From the sequence record SRR22947727_4285: 50,476 bases of DNA; one strand, written 5' to 3'. The position numbers were made by a program, and so were the translations under genes. Positions within the stretch are counted from its first letter, which is position 1. Each line of letters starts with the position of its first letter. Positions 21,533-32,835 of this stretch are shown here, in pieces. The notes under the pieces are model-generated. The model was not told where the DNA came from and made no database searches. It saw only the letters and a list, made by a program, of their open reading frames with translations.

Positions 21533-24500
21533 TCAGTGAAGTAGGGCCAGCTTTCGAACAGTGGCAATCACTGCTGCGGCCTCGCCGCTGTCGAAGCAAG
21601 AGAGTACTTCCTCGCGATCCAGGGCATTGAGCTCCAGGAAAATCTCGCAGATGTCACCATCGATCAGCGAGCCCCCGTTGGCCAAGGGTGACGTCACAGG
21701 GGTCGCGCTGGTGGGCGCACGGAAAGCTTTCACGTCGAAGCCGCCGACGCACCCCATGATATTCTCCAGCGAATTTTGAAGGCGAAGAAGGAGGTCGTAT
21801 TCTCCTTCAGTGAGGGAGGCAATCAATCCGATGGCCCCAGAGATGCAACCGAAAATGACCACATTGCTGGATGCCAGAGCGCTGAGCCGACCGGCCCTGA
21901 ACCGATTGATGAAGTTCCCGCAATAACGCTCCCCGACATTACTAAGACGTATTATATCCTCATCGGCTGCGCTTTTGCTCTGCTGGAGCTCACCGAGGTT
22001 GAAGTCGCTATCGGCAAACACGACACGGCAGTCGTCAACCAAAAGGGCAGCACTCAGCCATCGCGGCGAGAGCTCGCGGGCGATCGTCGAGATTATCTGC
22101 TTCTCAGTATCAAAACCGAGCAAGGTGACAGAGCGCATGAGGTCCGCGACAGCGATCTTTACGACGCGGCCCCCGTCGCCAGCTGCAGACACATCCAGGA
22201 CCACACTAAAACCGCCGATCTGGGTGATAAGCTCGAGACCACCCTCCTCGACCTCCTTATAGATCACGACAGATGATCCAACGCCAGCAATCAGAAGTCC
22301 GGACGACGTCGACGCCAGAGAGTAAACGGGGCCTGCGTTACAACCACGCGAGCAAGTGAGTGGGAGCGGCGGGGTTCGTCGTCGCAACGGAGAGAGTCAC
22401 GTAATCGACGACAAACTCGACTCGCCACAAAACACCCAAGAATAAAAACGCTTTGTGACGACCATGGGCGAATGATATCGTCAACATACCGTTTGTAGCG
22501 ATCGTCTGGCCCACCAGAAGCCTCGAATCCGAAACTTCGAACCGCTTTATACAGCCGGCGGTCGGCTCTCGACTCTCTCCACTGACAGCTGTGCCGACAA
22601 AGTACCCACTGGGGTCCGTCTTTGCTGCGCAAACGCTACACACGATCTGTCCCGGAAGTTCGATTTCGTCTAGATGAATATGGCCGTCTGCAGATCGAAG
22701 GACGATCGATTCTGTTTCGCGTTTCGACGTAGCCACTAGTAATGTGCTACTAAACATCGATCGTCCTGTCTCCACCTCGGCTCCCGCCAGTGCTAGACGT
22801 CGTGGAATAGAGTCGATCTTCACCCGCTCGATCTGCACACCTGACTTGTCGCCGAGCTCCCAAAACTTAATCTCGTCCTCTACCACCGCAACAATATACT
22901 CTCGCCACAACGCCGCATCGAAAACCTGAGTGTTGACGCCCGTATTGACCATGGACCAGGTGGAGCCTTTCAATACTGCGGTCGACGAGCCAATTCCGAC
23001 GGTCTTTTCCCCAAGATCGCGCAATATAACCGGTTGATACCCTATTGGGACCTGCTGTCGATCTTCCAGACGGGTTCCATCCAGTCGCCAAGAGATCGCC
23101 AGGCCCTGTCCCGTCCCGACGAGGATCGACAAATCCTTGTCTTGCTTCTTGATTCGCACAGACCTCGGCATCTGATCTTCATCCAAAGACTCGATGCAGG
23201 CTTGCCCATCATTCCAAATCATGACGGACCCATCCCAAAGTGTTGCTGAGCAGACGATCGGGCCCCCATTTTTGCGATCGTCCAAGATCGCGCAAGAACT
23301 AGGTTCTTGAGCCAGGGTTAACACCATGGAGACCTGACCACTATGACAATCGACGACCAACGCAGCTCTCGTGTTGGCCGATGTTGTCGCCAAAAGTAGC
23401 GATCGTGATCCCGCGCTGATGGCCGCGTGCAGGACCTCGACGCCCTCGTCACACGTCCAAACAGCGTCTCCGTCGCAATACATCGCGCTTCCCGTGACCT
23501 GGATGACCTTGCCGTCGCACTCAAAACACTCGACGGTCTTTTCCTCGACCTTCATAAGACCTCCCATCCCCTGGGTCACATCCGCAACCTCCCCGGCCAC
23601 CATGCCCAGCACGACGTTTTCGCCGCCTGCGAGCCCCACCACGACCCTATCTCCAACTCCCCACACCCTTCGGGCACCGGAAAGCGGCGCGGCCCCGAGC
23701 TCTGTGACCCCGACGCCGAAGCGCACGTTCCGGATCCCGCTCCCGCCACATACCACCAAACCACTTTCTATGCAGATGAAGTCGACAATCGGGCCCAGAT
23801 TCACCATTTCGTCCACGACATCGATGCCATCGCCCCCAATCCGCACCAATTGACTATCAGCCAACGCACTCCCCACGAACACCACGCCGCTGTCCAGGTA
23901 CGCCAGGGCACTGGGGACGCTGGTGCTCCCAACCCGCTGGACCCGCACGTCAGCGCCACCGTGCTCGCACACGTACAAGCCACCTGCACTATCCCCCAAC
24001 AGTACTGTGGTATCGTTGACCCGCGCCCAAGCCTTCATCATCACGGCATGACCATCCCCATATCCGTACGAGGAGGTTGTCGTGTCTGACCCAGGGGGGC
24101 AGCTCAGCTTGGTGACCACCTGCGACGCCGACGGGAACACAGAGTGAGATTATAGGAATTCAGACATAACTGAGCAACATGGCTCAAACATGGAGGGATC
24201 GGTCGCTCGTCCGACTTTTCGATCGACCTCGACTCCAAGACGACCTCACTCGTCCAAGCTCAACCCACACCTGCTTGCCCACGACCAGGCACCCATCTCC
24301 GCCGACGCCGCCGAGCCCCAAGATCATCCCCCCGTCCACATTCGCCACCTTCATACCGCCCTCTTCCAAGACGCCGCCCTTGCTGACCTTGTAGGTCTTC
24401 AAGTGCCTCGCTCCCTTTGTGTCCTCGTGCAGCACGCCAAGCGTCCCATTTCCGACAAACGCCAAGTCCATCACCTTGAGCTCGTCCAGACGGACGTTGA

Positions 24501-25103
24501 ACGCCTGCTCCGAAATGCCCCCGTCCTCATCGATGGGAATGATTTTAAAGTGCCCGTCATACATGTGGAGCCCGATCATCGTCGTATCATCGTCAACGAC
24601 GCACAGATGCCCACACTCGGCTGGCCTCCCAATAGTATCCTCCACATCGCCCTTCGCCACCGTGACCAGCTTGCCCTCTGCATTGTACTCGAGCACACAG
24701 AATTTATACCGCTCGGTCAAAAGGAAGAGCATACTCTGCGATTTGCTCTTCGGCTTGAAGAGCTTGAGGGCGCTGATCCGCCCATAGATCGGGACGTCCA
24801 GCTTGGCCTCCAGCCCAGACGGCGTGAGCGTGTGAATCTCGAGGCGCGTGGATTTCCTGCATGATGTTATGAATGGTTCATAGGTCGCACGTGAGTGGGT
24901 ATGACGAAATTCGCGCGATCAACGCAAGGGAACCGCTGGTGGTCTCCCCTCACGAATCGTGATTCATCCGACAAGTCGACATACGCGATGATCAAATCCG
25001 TAGTGGTGCGGCCCGTGAAATTTCCGACCGCACACTGACCGACTGCGGTGGGCTTGTGAGCCGTTACCACGTAGCTGTGCCTACGTGACGAAAGGTCGTC
25101 CAT
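21533..25103 (-). CDS. DDB1: DNA damage-binding protein 1 (exons 24985-25103, 24271-24856, 22490-24119, 21533-22332; ~1044 aa)
   Basis: YVVTAHKPTAV, KSTRLEIH, LFLLTERYKFCVL, AFNVRLDEL, LAYLDSGVVFVGS..DSQL, NLGPIVDF, ADLMRSV, FINRFRAG, IDGDICEIFL. Three GT-AG introns give a continuous frame. Confidence 0.92.
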
Positions 25104-25325
25104 TGCGCGATTGACGTTCAAAATCGAAAGCGCTCTTCGTGGCACGATGACTGCTTCTGCAGCGTATTGTGGCTCTCAATAGATGCTTTCGTAACCACTT
25201 AACGATGCGGGACGAGAAGAGATGCAGTTGGTTTCGATTGAACTAAACCTGGAGCCTCCAAACCCGGACGTTTTAGGAGAGATACAAACCAAAGGCAGAG
25301 TTTTTTTTACACGAAGCACGCAGCA

Positions 25326-25754
25326 ATGGAGCGGCGCGAGCACAGGAAAACCATGATGACGGGTGATCGACAGAGCACGCATAGGCGGCCCGGGAGCGGC
25401 AGGCCTTGTCAGAATGCATCCCACAAAAAGCAGAAGCACGTAAAGCGGGCCTACTCAAAGCTGAAACAACGGCTCGGCGAGGTGAAAACCTACGAACTCG
25501 ACGCGCTCGAGGATCTCAATGCCGTTGTTCCGATAGCTTCGACATCAGGGGACCATGTCGACAGGGCCGCCAGGGGTCGGCCGAGGAACGACATTCTGGG
25601 CGCCTCTCCCTCAGGCGATGTCAAACAAGGACGGGACGCATCCAAGCGGAATCGGACGAAAGAGAAAAAGGCATTCTTCAAGAAGACAAGATCGGGACAG
25701 CCCGTGATGAGCTCGAGGATAAACAAGCTGCTGGAAAACATCAAGTCGAGCTGA
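25326..25754 (+). CDS. rRNA-processing protein, Fyv7/CCDC59(TAP26)-like
   Basis: Basic small protein ending KKTRSGQPVMSSRINKLLENIK, a recalled family C-terminal motif. Confidence 0.65.
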   Translation: MERREHRKTMMTGDRQSTHRRPGSGRPCQNASHKKQKHVKRAYSKLKQRLGEVKTYELDALEDLNAVVPIASTSGDHVDRAARGRPRNDILGASPSGDVKQGRDASKRNRTKEKKAFFKKTRSGQPVMSSRINKLLENIKSS

Positions 25755-25832
25755 AATGCTGTTTGAATCATGAGGTCATCAATTTGAGAGGCGCCACGAG
25801 GCCTGTTCTTCAGCTGGCTGAACAAATACATT

Positions 25833-27587
25833 GATGACCTCTCCGAGGACGTTGAAATCTTTCTACCGACACTACCGGACTCGCTGACTCCGCTGGCCTG
25901 TCGAGGAGCACTTGACGATGATGATGGTGGCGGTCAGACGTCGGCGCCGTTGACATATCTGGAGGAGATTTTCTGGTGGGTTTTCATTTTGAGGAATAGA
26001 TTGCGAACGGGCGAGCAACCTGGTGTTGGAGCTGCTAGACCTTGTCTCAATGGTCGTCCAGATTTTGGGTGTCGTGATGTCGCTGTATTATGCGCTCGAG
26101 TTGGGTTGCCTGGTCGTGCGACCAGCACTGGGGGTCATGGTGCTCATGCTACCGTTGAACCATATGCTCATGCGAATAATAGCAAGCGCATCTCAAGCGA
26201 TGATGGTTGCTGAAGATGCTCGATCAAGCGTAGTGAACGCGATGATGGGCGTGCTGCCCATCCAGCACGCGCATGCGCTATGTGAAGGCGGCCCTCGAGC
26301 ATCTTGGGGAAAATCCGGGCCGAGCGATCGAGGGAACTCTCGGCGCTCCGGATCGTTAAGCTGGCCGACGTGGTTTGTGTGTTCACCTGGGCGTTCGTGA
26401 GCATCGAGCTGGCCGCCACGTTTGCCCCCTTTTGGAAAAAGGGTTGGCCCAGCGAAGCCGCGAGCATCTTTCCAGTCATCTCTTTCTTCAACCTGGTGTC
26501 CTGTCCGCTGAATACAATACGATAGATGATTAATGGGATATCCGAATCGATCGTGTCGCTACGTCGAATCAACACCTTTTGGGGGTCTCTCTCTTGCCGG
26601 TGCTCGGGTCAACCCTGTGCCGCAGCCAGACGACCCAGGCGTTTTCTTTGAGGCGCGAAATCTGGTGCTCCGGCTGGCCGACCTCCAAACATATATGCAA
26701 GACAATGATCTGACAATACGGCGAGGTCAGCTTGTCACGATCGATGGTTATGCTGGGGTGTCGACGATGATGTTAGTTAGTATTCTCATCACATCAGCAG
26801 CTGAGCTGGGACGGTTCCATCGCCATCTCGCACGCCACACGAGCTTATGTGAGGCGAAGTACATTTATCACGTGTATATCAGCGAGGGAGAACATTCTTT
26901 TCGGATCAGAGCACGATGCGGTCCGATACGAATCGGTTTTGCGGGCGAAGCGGCTCGATGTGATCATCGGGCGGATCTGGCTCTGGGAAGTCGACTTTGC
27001 TGGGCCTGTTGATGGGGTTGCTCTCGCCGACGTTTGGGGGAATCATGCTTGGGGACGTCCACATCGGCCAGATGTCCCGTCGCGACCTACTAACGATCGG
27101 TTATTTGCCTCGAACACCTGTGATCTTCGAGGGGAGCGTGCGTGAGAATTTGGATCCCTATCGATCCCATTCGGACCATGAGCGGATGCTCTCGCTCAGA
27201 TCCGATGGCCTGGATCACCTGAGACTTGACGATTTCATCCGACCACATGAACTGACAGCAGCATATTCGGCGTTCTTCGGCCTCGCTCGAATTTTCCTGC
27301 TGTGTCCGCAGCTGTTGCTTCTCGATGAGGTGTCGTCAGCATCGAATCGCACCGAGCTCGCGACCCTTGCTGGTATGATCGAAGAGTTCAACGTTCAGGT
27401 CCATGGACGCATCTCCATCATTCAGACTTCCTACAATCTAGACCGAGGCCTCCCAGCTGACGCTGTAGTTGTGCCACGAGAAGGCCGAGTCAACGAGGTG
27501 GGCTCCCCAAGCTCCCTCTCAGGAATACAAGAAGCCTCGTCGGAGTTTGCGTCGATGCTGAGGCTTCAGTTGCACGTTAAAGAATGA
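25833..27587 (+). pseudogene. Decayed ABCC/MRP-type ABC transporter with frameshifts and internal deletions
   Basis: Fragments in different frames: hydrophobic TM helices (26023-26525), NBD1 remnants (DLTIRRGQLVTIDGYAGVSTMM with broken Walker A; ARENILFG..RYESVLRA) and NBD2 remnants (YLPRTPVIFEGSVRENLDPY, GLARIFL..LLLLDEVSSA). No intact Walker A or LSGGQ. Confidence 0.75.
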
Positions 27588-27667
27588 AAGTAAAGAATTG
27601 ATTCGGACTGAGCTGAAACGCCCCCATCACAGTCATGCTTGGGGTAAGCCCATCTATCTACTTACGT

Positions 27668-28879
27668 CTACTCGCTTCGGCCCGCGTAGCTCGTGAACCC
27701 CTTTTCCTTCACATCGATGCCGGTCATAGCCTCTCCAAGACCTGACGAATGAGCGAGTACGGGGCGCGAGTGAGAGAGGCAAGGGGTGCGAGTGAGCAGC
27801 ATGAGAGTTGGGATACGTACCACATGACACGTCGCTAATCACCTTGGCATCGTTGTAGTGCGTGACGGCTTGCACAATCGCCCTGGCCCTCTTGGAGGGA
27901 TCTCCAGACTTGAAGATTCCAGACCCAACGAACACGCCATCGCATCCAAGCTGCATCATGAGCGCGGCATCGGCTGGCGTGGCAACACCTCCAGCGGCAA
28001 AGTTGACCACCGGGAGCCTTCCCAGGGCCTTGGTCTGGCGCACGAGCTCGATCGGGGCCCGGATCTCCTTGGCGTACACGTAAAGCTCATCGTCGTCCAT
28101 GTTCTGCAGGGATCGGATGGCGCCCTGGACGGCCCGCGTATGCCTGACCGCCTCCACAACGTTCCCAGTCCCGGCCTCCCCCTTGGTCCTGATCATGGCC
28201 GCACCCTCGGCGACACGCCTCAGGGCCTCTCCCAGGTCCCTGCATCCGCACACGAACGGTACCTTGAAATTGTGCTTGTTGATGTGGTGCAGGTCATCGG
28301 CCGGTGTCAGCACCTCCGACTCATCAATGTAGTCGATTCCCAACGCCTCAAGAATCTGCGCCTCCACAAAGTGGCCAATCCTCGCCTTAGCCATCACCGG
28401 GATGGTCACGGCCTCCTTGATCTGCTTGATCATGCTCGGGTCGCTCATGCGAGCCACACCTCCGTCCCTGCGGATGTCGGCCGGGACACGCTCAAGTGCC
28501 ATGACCGCGACGGCACCCGCCTCCTCGGCAATGCGGGCCTCCTCAGGCGTCACAACGTCCATTATCACACCACCCTTGAGCATCTGGGCCAAGCCCACCT
28601 ACATAACAGAGACAAGTCGCCGTTGAAAGTGAGCAACGCTAATTTGGGCCGCACGTGGGTGGCCGTAGGCCGTCCGACGGCCGTCACTCCCCGCCCCGCC
28701 GCGAGGACCAGTTTTAAAACACCAAACATCGACAAGCGATGCGTTGGCGATCAAAGACGCGCCGACGGGCGAGGCTATCCGTCTGGTCCTAATGCACAGG
28801 TGGCCGCAAAACGACGCGGCCGGCCGGAATAAGTCGCAGCACGTACCTTCACCCCCATGGTAGCATTTGCGTCGGTCAT
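27668..28879 (-). CDS. PDX1: Pyridoxal 5'-phosphate synthase subunit PDX1 (exons 28847-28879, 27821-28598, 27668-27741; ~294 aa)
   Basis: [76 protein letters not shown]. Introns 28599-28846 and 27742-27820. Confidence 0.96.
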
Positions 28880-29005
28880 TGCGTCTTCTGATCCACAATG
28901 TGTTCTAATTGAAAAATTTCTGAGTTGGATGGATTTCTACAATCTACTATTTAGCATGTGGCTGGCCAGCCGCATGGGGCAAGGCCATTGGATTTGCAGT
29001 GCAAC

Positions 29006-30058
29006 TCACATGCCCAGAGCGGGCTTCAAATACATCAGGCACAGCAACAACGCCTCTTCCGTTCGAATCGTTCTACTGCCTTGGTTGGGACAGACGTTCA
29101 GGTACCGATCGAAGAGGGTTGCTGGGGAGGCGTGCTGCTCGCGACACGGATCATTCTGGAGCAAATACTCCAGTCCGCTGGGTCCGCCGATCACTATCAG
29201 CGCATGCTGATAGTCAGGAAGTGACAAAGAGCAGCATTCGTTCACCTCGCCCCGCTCCGACGTGCCTATTGTCAAATCGTACCCGCCGAACGGCCCCTTG
29301 ACAAACAGCTCTGCAACTGAGCGCGCCACTCGCACGTCATAGCCCCAATATCGTCCGGTCGTTCGCTTCACGTCTAAAGGATTCACAATAGACGCCTTTA
29401 TGTATTCTTTGCCGTTCTCCACGACCGTCTGCCGCGCCTTTCCCACGAAGAGCGTGACCCGTGTGGTCGGGGGGACGCTTGAGCCGACGAGTGCCTGGGT
29501 GTCCAGACCGATATCGCAGACGCTCCGGCCCGACTCCTGGCCCGTCACGACACCCTCTCTATATTCGAACCACTCTGTTGCTCTGAGGTGATGTGGCGCG
29601 TCGAGGGGCGCCAGCATGCCGCAGTAGCGGTAGAGCTCGTGCATTGGTATGAGGGCCTTGCGCAGGTACTGCGGGGTCTCCTGGTACTGCAGAATTTTGG
29701 CCAACAACGCGGCCGCACGATTCACCTCATTTTCCGCGTGCTTGGGTCCGTCGTCGAGCACGACGACCTCGTCTATGTTGAAGATGGCCGCTGCCCGGGC
29801 CAGCTGACCGGCGAGCAAGGAGCCAAGTTCGTGGCTGATGGCGTTTTCCACGCACGACGCGCCGATAGCCACCGATACCGTCTTTCTCAATGCATTTCCC
29901 GGCGTCGGGGAGGGTCTGGACGGGCGAGTCGTAGGCGTGCGGACGTGAGAACCTTTGGGTGCATGGCTGTTCGAGCAGGCATTTCCAGTCAAACGCTGTA
30001 CGTACCTTGCGCGTCCTTCCTTTCCCTCTTTCGTCCTCTCTCTCTTCTTGGATCCCAT
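29006..30058 (-). CDS. SPOUT1: SPOUT-family methyltransferase C9orf114/SPOUT1-like
   Basis: GQLARAAAIFNIDEVVV, YQETPQYLRK, PLDAPHH, YWGYDVR, IGTSERG, PNQGSRTIRTEEA. Confidence 0.92.
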   Translation of the reverse strand: MGSKKRERTKEGKEGRARYVQRLTGNACSNSHAPKGSHVRTPTTRPSRPSPTPGNALRKTVSVAIGASCVENAISHELGSLLAGQLARAAAIFNIDEVVVLDDGPKHAENEVNRAAALLAKILQYQETPQYLRKALIPMHELYRYCGMLAPLDAPHHLRATEWFEYREGVVTGQESGRSVCDIGLDTQALVGSSVPPTTRVTLFVGKARQTVVENGKEYIKASIVNPLDVKRTTGRYWGYDVRVARSVAELFVKGPFGGYDLTIGTSERGEVNECCSLSLPDYQHALIVIGGPSGLEYLLQNDPCREQHASPATLFDRYLNVCPNQGSRTIRTEEALLLCLMYLKPALGM

Positions 30059-30114
30059 TTATGCTTACATTCAGTTACTACTGTGGCCCATGACTTGGAA
30101 GCGAATCTGAACCT

Positions 30115-32306
30115 TCAGTTGAACTGGATGAGGATGGGCCCGTATGGTTCTCTCTGACTCGCAGCCACTATGCCGGTGGTGACCCCTACCAGGACGTGAT
30201 GAAACATCTTCGCCGCTTCCTGGCGGCCCAGATGGCGGGTGACGTCGTCCAGGGACATGACATCCAGGGACCCCAGGTCGGTGCCGTTCTCATCGTTTCC
30301 GCTGAAGGCGGGATCGGCCGGAAACGGCCCCCAGCTGCGACAGCACAACATAGCCTTGGTGAGAATGTCGAGCGTGTGCGATCTGCAGATTGCAACCCCA
30401 TTCATCTTATCCTGAGGCCCCGACGGTCCCCTGGCGAGTGAGAGGCAAGCAGCTATTGTGAGGAAAAGTTTCGGCAAGGCTCATGGAGCGTGAGTCTATC
30501 AGAACATACGTCTCCTGCAGCTTGAACCTATCCAGCTGGCTCCACGTATGCAGGTCCCGCCTTGTGGATCTTCTGAACCGCCCGCGTCCAGAATCCGGAC
30601 CAGCCCCGTGCTCCTGGAGATCATACTGACTCTCAAGCAGTAGATCCGACAGATTTTCCTTTTGCACCGAGTTTGTCAGACCGCTATCCTCCCGACTCAG
30701 ATCCACCGACGACCTGATGCTTCCCGGCAGGCTGGACGTTGGATTCGAGGAGTACCCAGCCGGACCAAACCTGAAGGGGTTCTGGTTCTGGGGTGTCAGG
30801 TGCAGCGCCGTCCTCAGCTGCTCCAGCTCCACTCCCCGTTCCGTCTCATTCCCGTCGTAAAAGTCTTGCCCCATGTCTTGCTCGGCGAGGCGCGTCGCCT
30901 GTGTATCCTCATCGAAGAGACCATTGGGGCCATCGAAAACACCTGCTGGACCTGCCGCCATCTGCCGCTCCCTCCTCTTGCCCTTTTTCGCCCCACGTAC
31001 GAACAGTTCACCCAGAATGCTGCCTAGAGCATATTTAGCCTCTGCAGACTGGCCTTCTCCCCGAAGGTGCACCGCCGGGAACGATGCCAGACCGAGACGG
31101 CCCTCCCTCACCTCGGGCGTCCGAACTCCAAGCTCTCCTCGCATCAAAATATCATCCCACTCCTCCTGATGCTTCTCTTGCTGCTGCTGGGGCGCGTTCA
31201 TACTGAGCATATCCGGGTCGAGGAGCTCTTCGTCGACGCAAAGCGCCCTTCGCCTCTTACGTTGGCGAACCACGATCTGCTCCCTCATTCCGGGAGGCGG
31301 CCTGTTCGGACCCCCATTTGCATCATTCGTCTCATTAGGACAGTAGTCCTCGTATCCATAGGCATCATGTCCATCATGGCGATAGGCGTCGTGGCCGTGC
31401 CCCCCATGGCACCTGGTGCGGGATATGATGGCCTCCTCAAGATCCTGGAGGAACTCGGGCGGAGACTCCATCATGTAATCGTATCCGTCGCCACCGTCGC
31501 ATCCATACCCATAATCATTGCCACTCGACCCCTGGTGGAGCTGCACCACGAAGTAGTCCTGATCCTCTAGGCTTTGCAGCCCACCTTGGCCTGTGAGATA
31601 CTCCACATCGAAGGCGTCAAAGCCCACAGCCAGATCCGGCGCCTGCTCGCTTGGCTGCCGCTTCTCCTGCGTGATCTTGGAATTTCGCTTCATGGACTCT
31701 TTCGTCATCCCCATCTGCTCGCCGGGCTCATTGGCATTGGCCAGCCGGTGCAGTCGCTGCACAGCCCCCTCGGCGTCCTGATGTAGGTACCTGGAGAGCG
31801 ATAGAGCAGTAAAATGCGTGAGGGACTCACCAACGGAATCGCGCGACGAGAGAGTATGGCGGCAAGGGCAACCACCCAAGGGATAGCATTCGAACGCACG
31901 ACACTTTCTTCTCGTGGACCTTGACAATCCCGGTCGTCAGAATTGCCTGAAGACGAAGTGCTTGGGGCACCTGGGGGTCGAGGACAGCGTCGCTGCAGTG
32001 TGCGGTGGGCGCATAGTATCCGTCGGGAGTCGAGTGAGCCGAGCGAATGAAGATCAGACAACGTATCTCGATGCATTCGATCACGACCTTGTCGCCTATC
32101 TGGCCCATATGAACTCGAGATGCATACCACAGTTTTATATAACTAGACCATTTATGCCATAACACATGAAAATAAGGCACGCACCAGGACGAGGCGACGT
32201 TGATCGATTGCACACTTCGTCGCCGAAGATTCTTCGCGAAGGCAGCGCTCCAGAGGGCGCCGAGGGCACTCCGTCTGCTTCGAAGGATGTCAGTGGAGAA
32301 GAACAT
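30115..32306 (-). CDS. REC8: Rad21/Rec8 kleisin, REC8/SYN1-like (exons 32185-32306, 31900-31992, 30510-31790, 30115-30430; ~603 aa)
   Basis: N-terminal MFFSTDILRSRRSALGALWSAA...DPQVPQALRLQAILTTGIVKVHEKK..YL, ETGP motif after splicing, and C-terminal winged helix RQEAAKMFHHVLV...QREPYGPILI. Kleisin call is strong; REC8 versus RAD21 is inferred. Confidence 0.82.
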
Positions 32307-32412
32307 GACGACTCGTGGTCGGGTTGGCCTTGTATCGTGTCTAACGATTTAAATGTTCTGGGTCGTCGTCGTTGTCCCCACTTGAATTTCGAGAGAGGAC
32401 CCCAACCTCGCC

Positions 32413-32817
32413 ATGACATTAGACGGCGATAACAAGGCATTTATAGCCACTATAGATCTGGTAGAAGAGTATTTAATCCTGCGAAAGTCCATGGATGACG
32501 GCTTCCGGGACTTTTTTCTCGCTTTGGCTCAGGTGAAGAATTCATCCTCGAGCGTTCGCTTGTCCCTCGCAGCCTTGTCAGCGCCTCCTCTCCCTGAAAA
32601 GAACTACAAAGAGGAGCAGGGTGACGACTTGATCCAAAGCCTGGCGTCCAAGTACGGGTGTGCCGAGGAGGTGACCGGAACGTCCACCTTGAGCTTGACC
32701 TCCAGAACCAGGGGCTTACAGCCGTGCAGGGAGCGCTTGGCGGAGGTTCTTGAGCGCGCGAGGCGGGTGGCTGAAGTTGTCAGTACATTACAAGTGATGC
32801 TATGCAGGCGGCAGTGA
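32413..32817 (+). CDS. Probable V-ATPase assembly factor Vma22/CCDC115-like
   Basis: 134-aa helical ORF, LVEEYLILRKSMDDGFRDFFLALAQVK and C-terminal LQPCRERLAEVL resemble the recalled family pattern. Confidence 0.55.
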   Translation: MTLDGDNKAFIATIDLVEEYLILRKSMDDGFRDFFLALAQVKNSSSSVRLSLAALSAPPLPEKNYKEEQGDDLIQSLASKYGCAEEVTGTSTLSLTSRTRGLQPCRERLAEVLERARRVAEVVSTLQVMLCRRQ

Positions 32818-32835
32818 TCGGTGGTGGCCTGCTTG

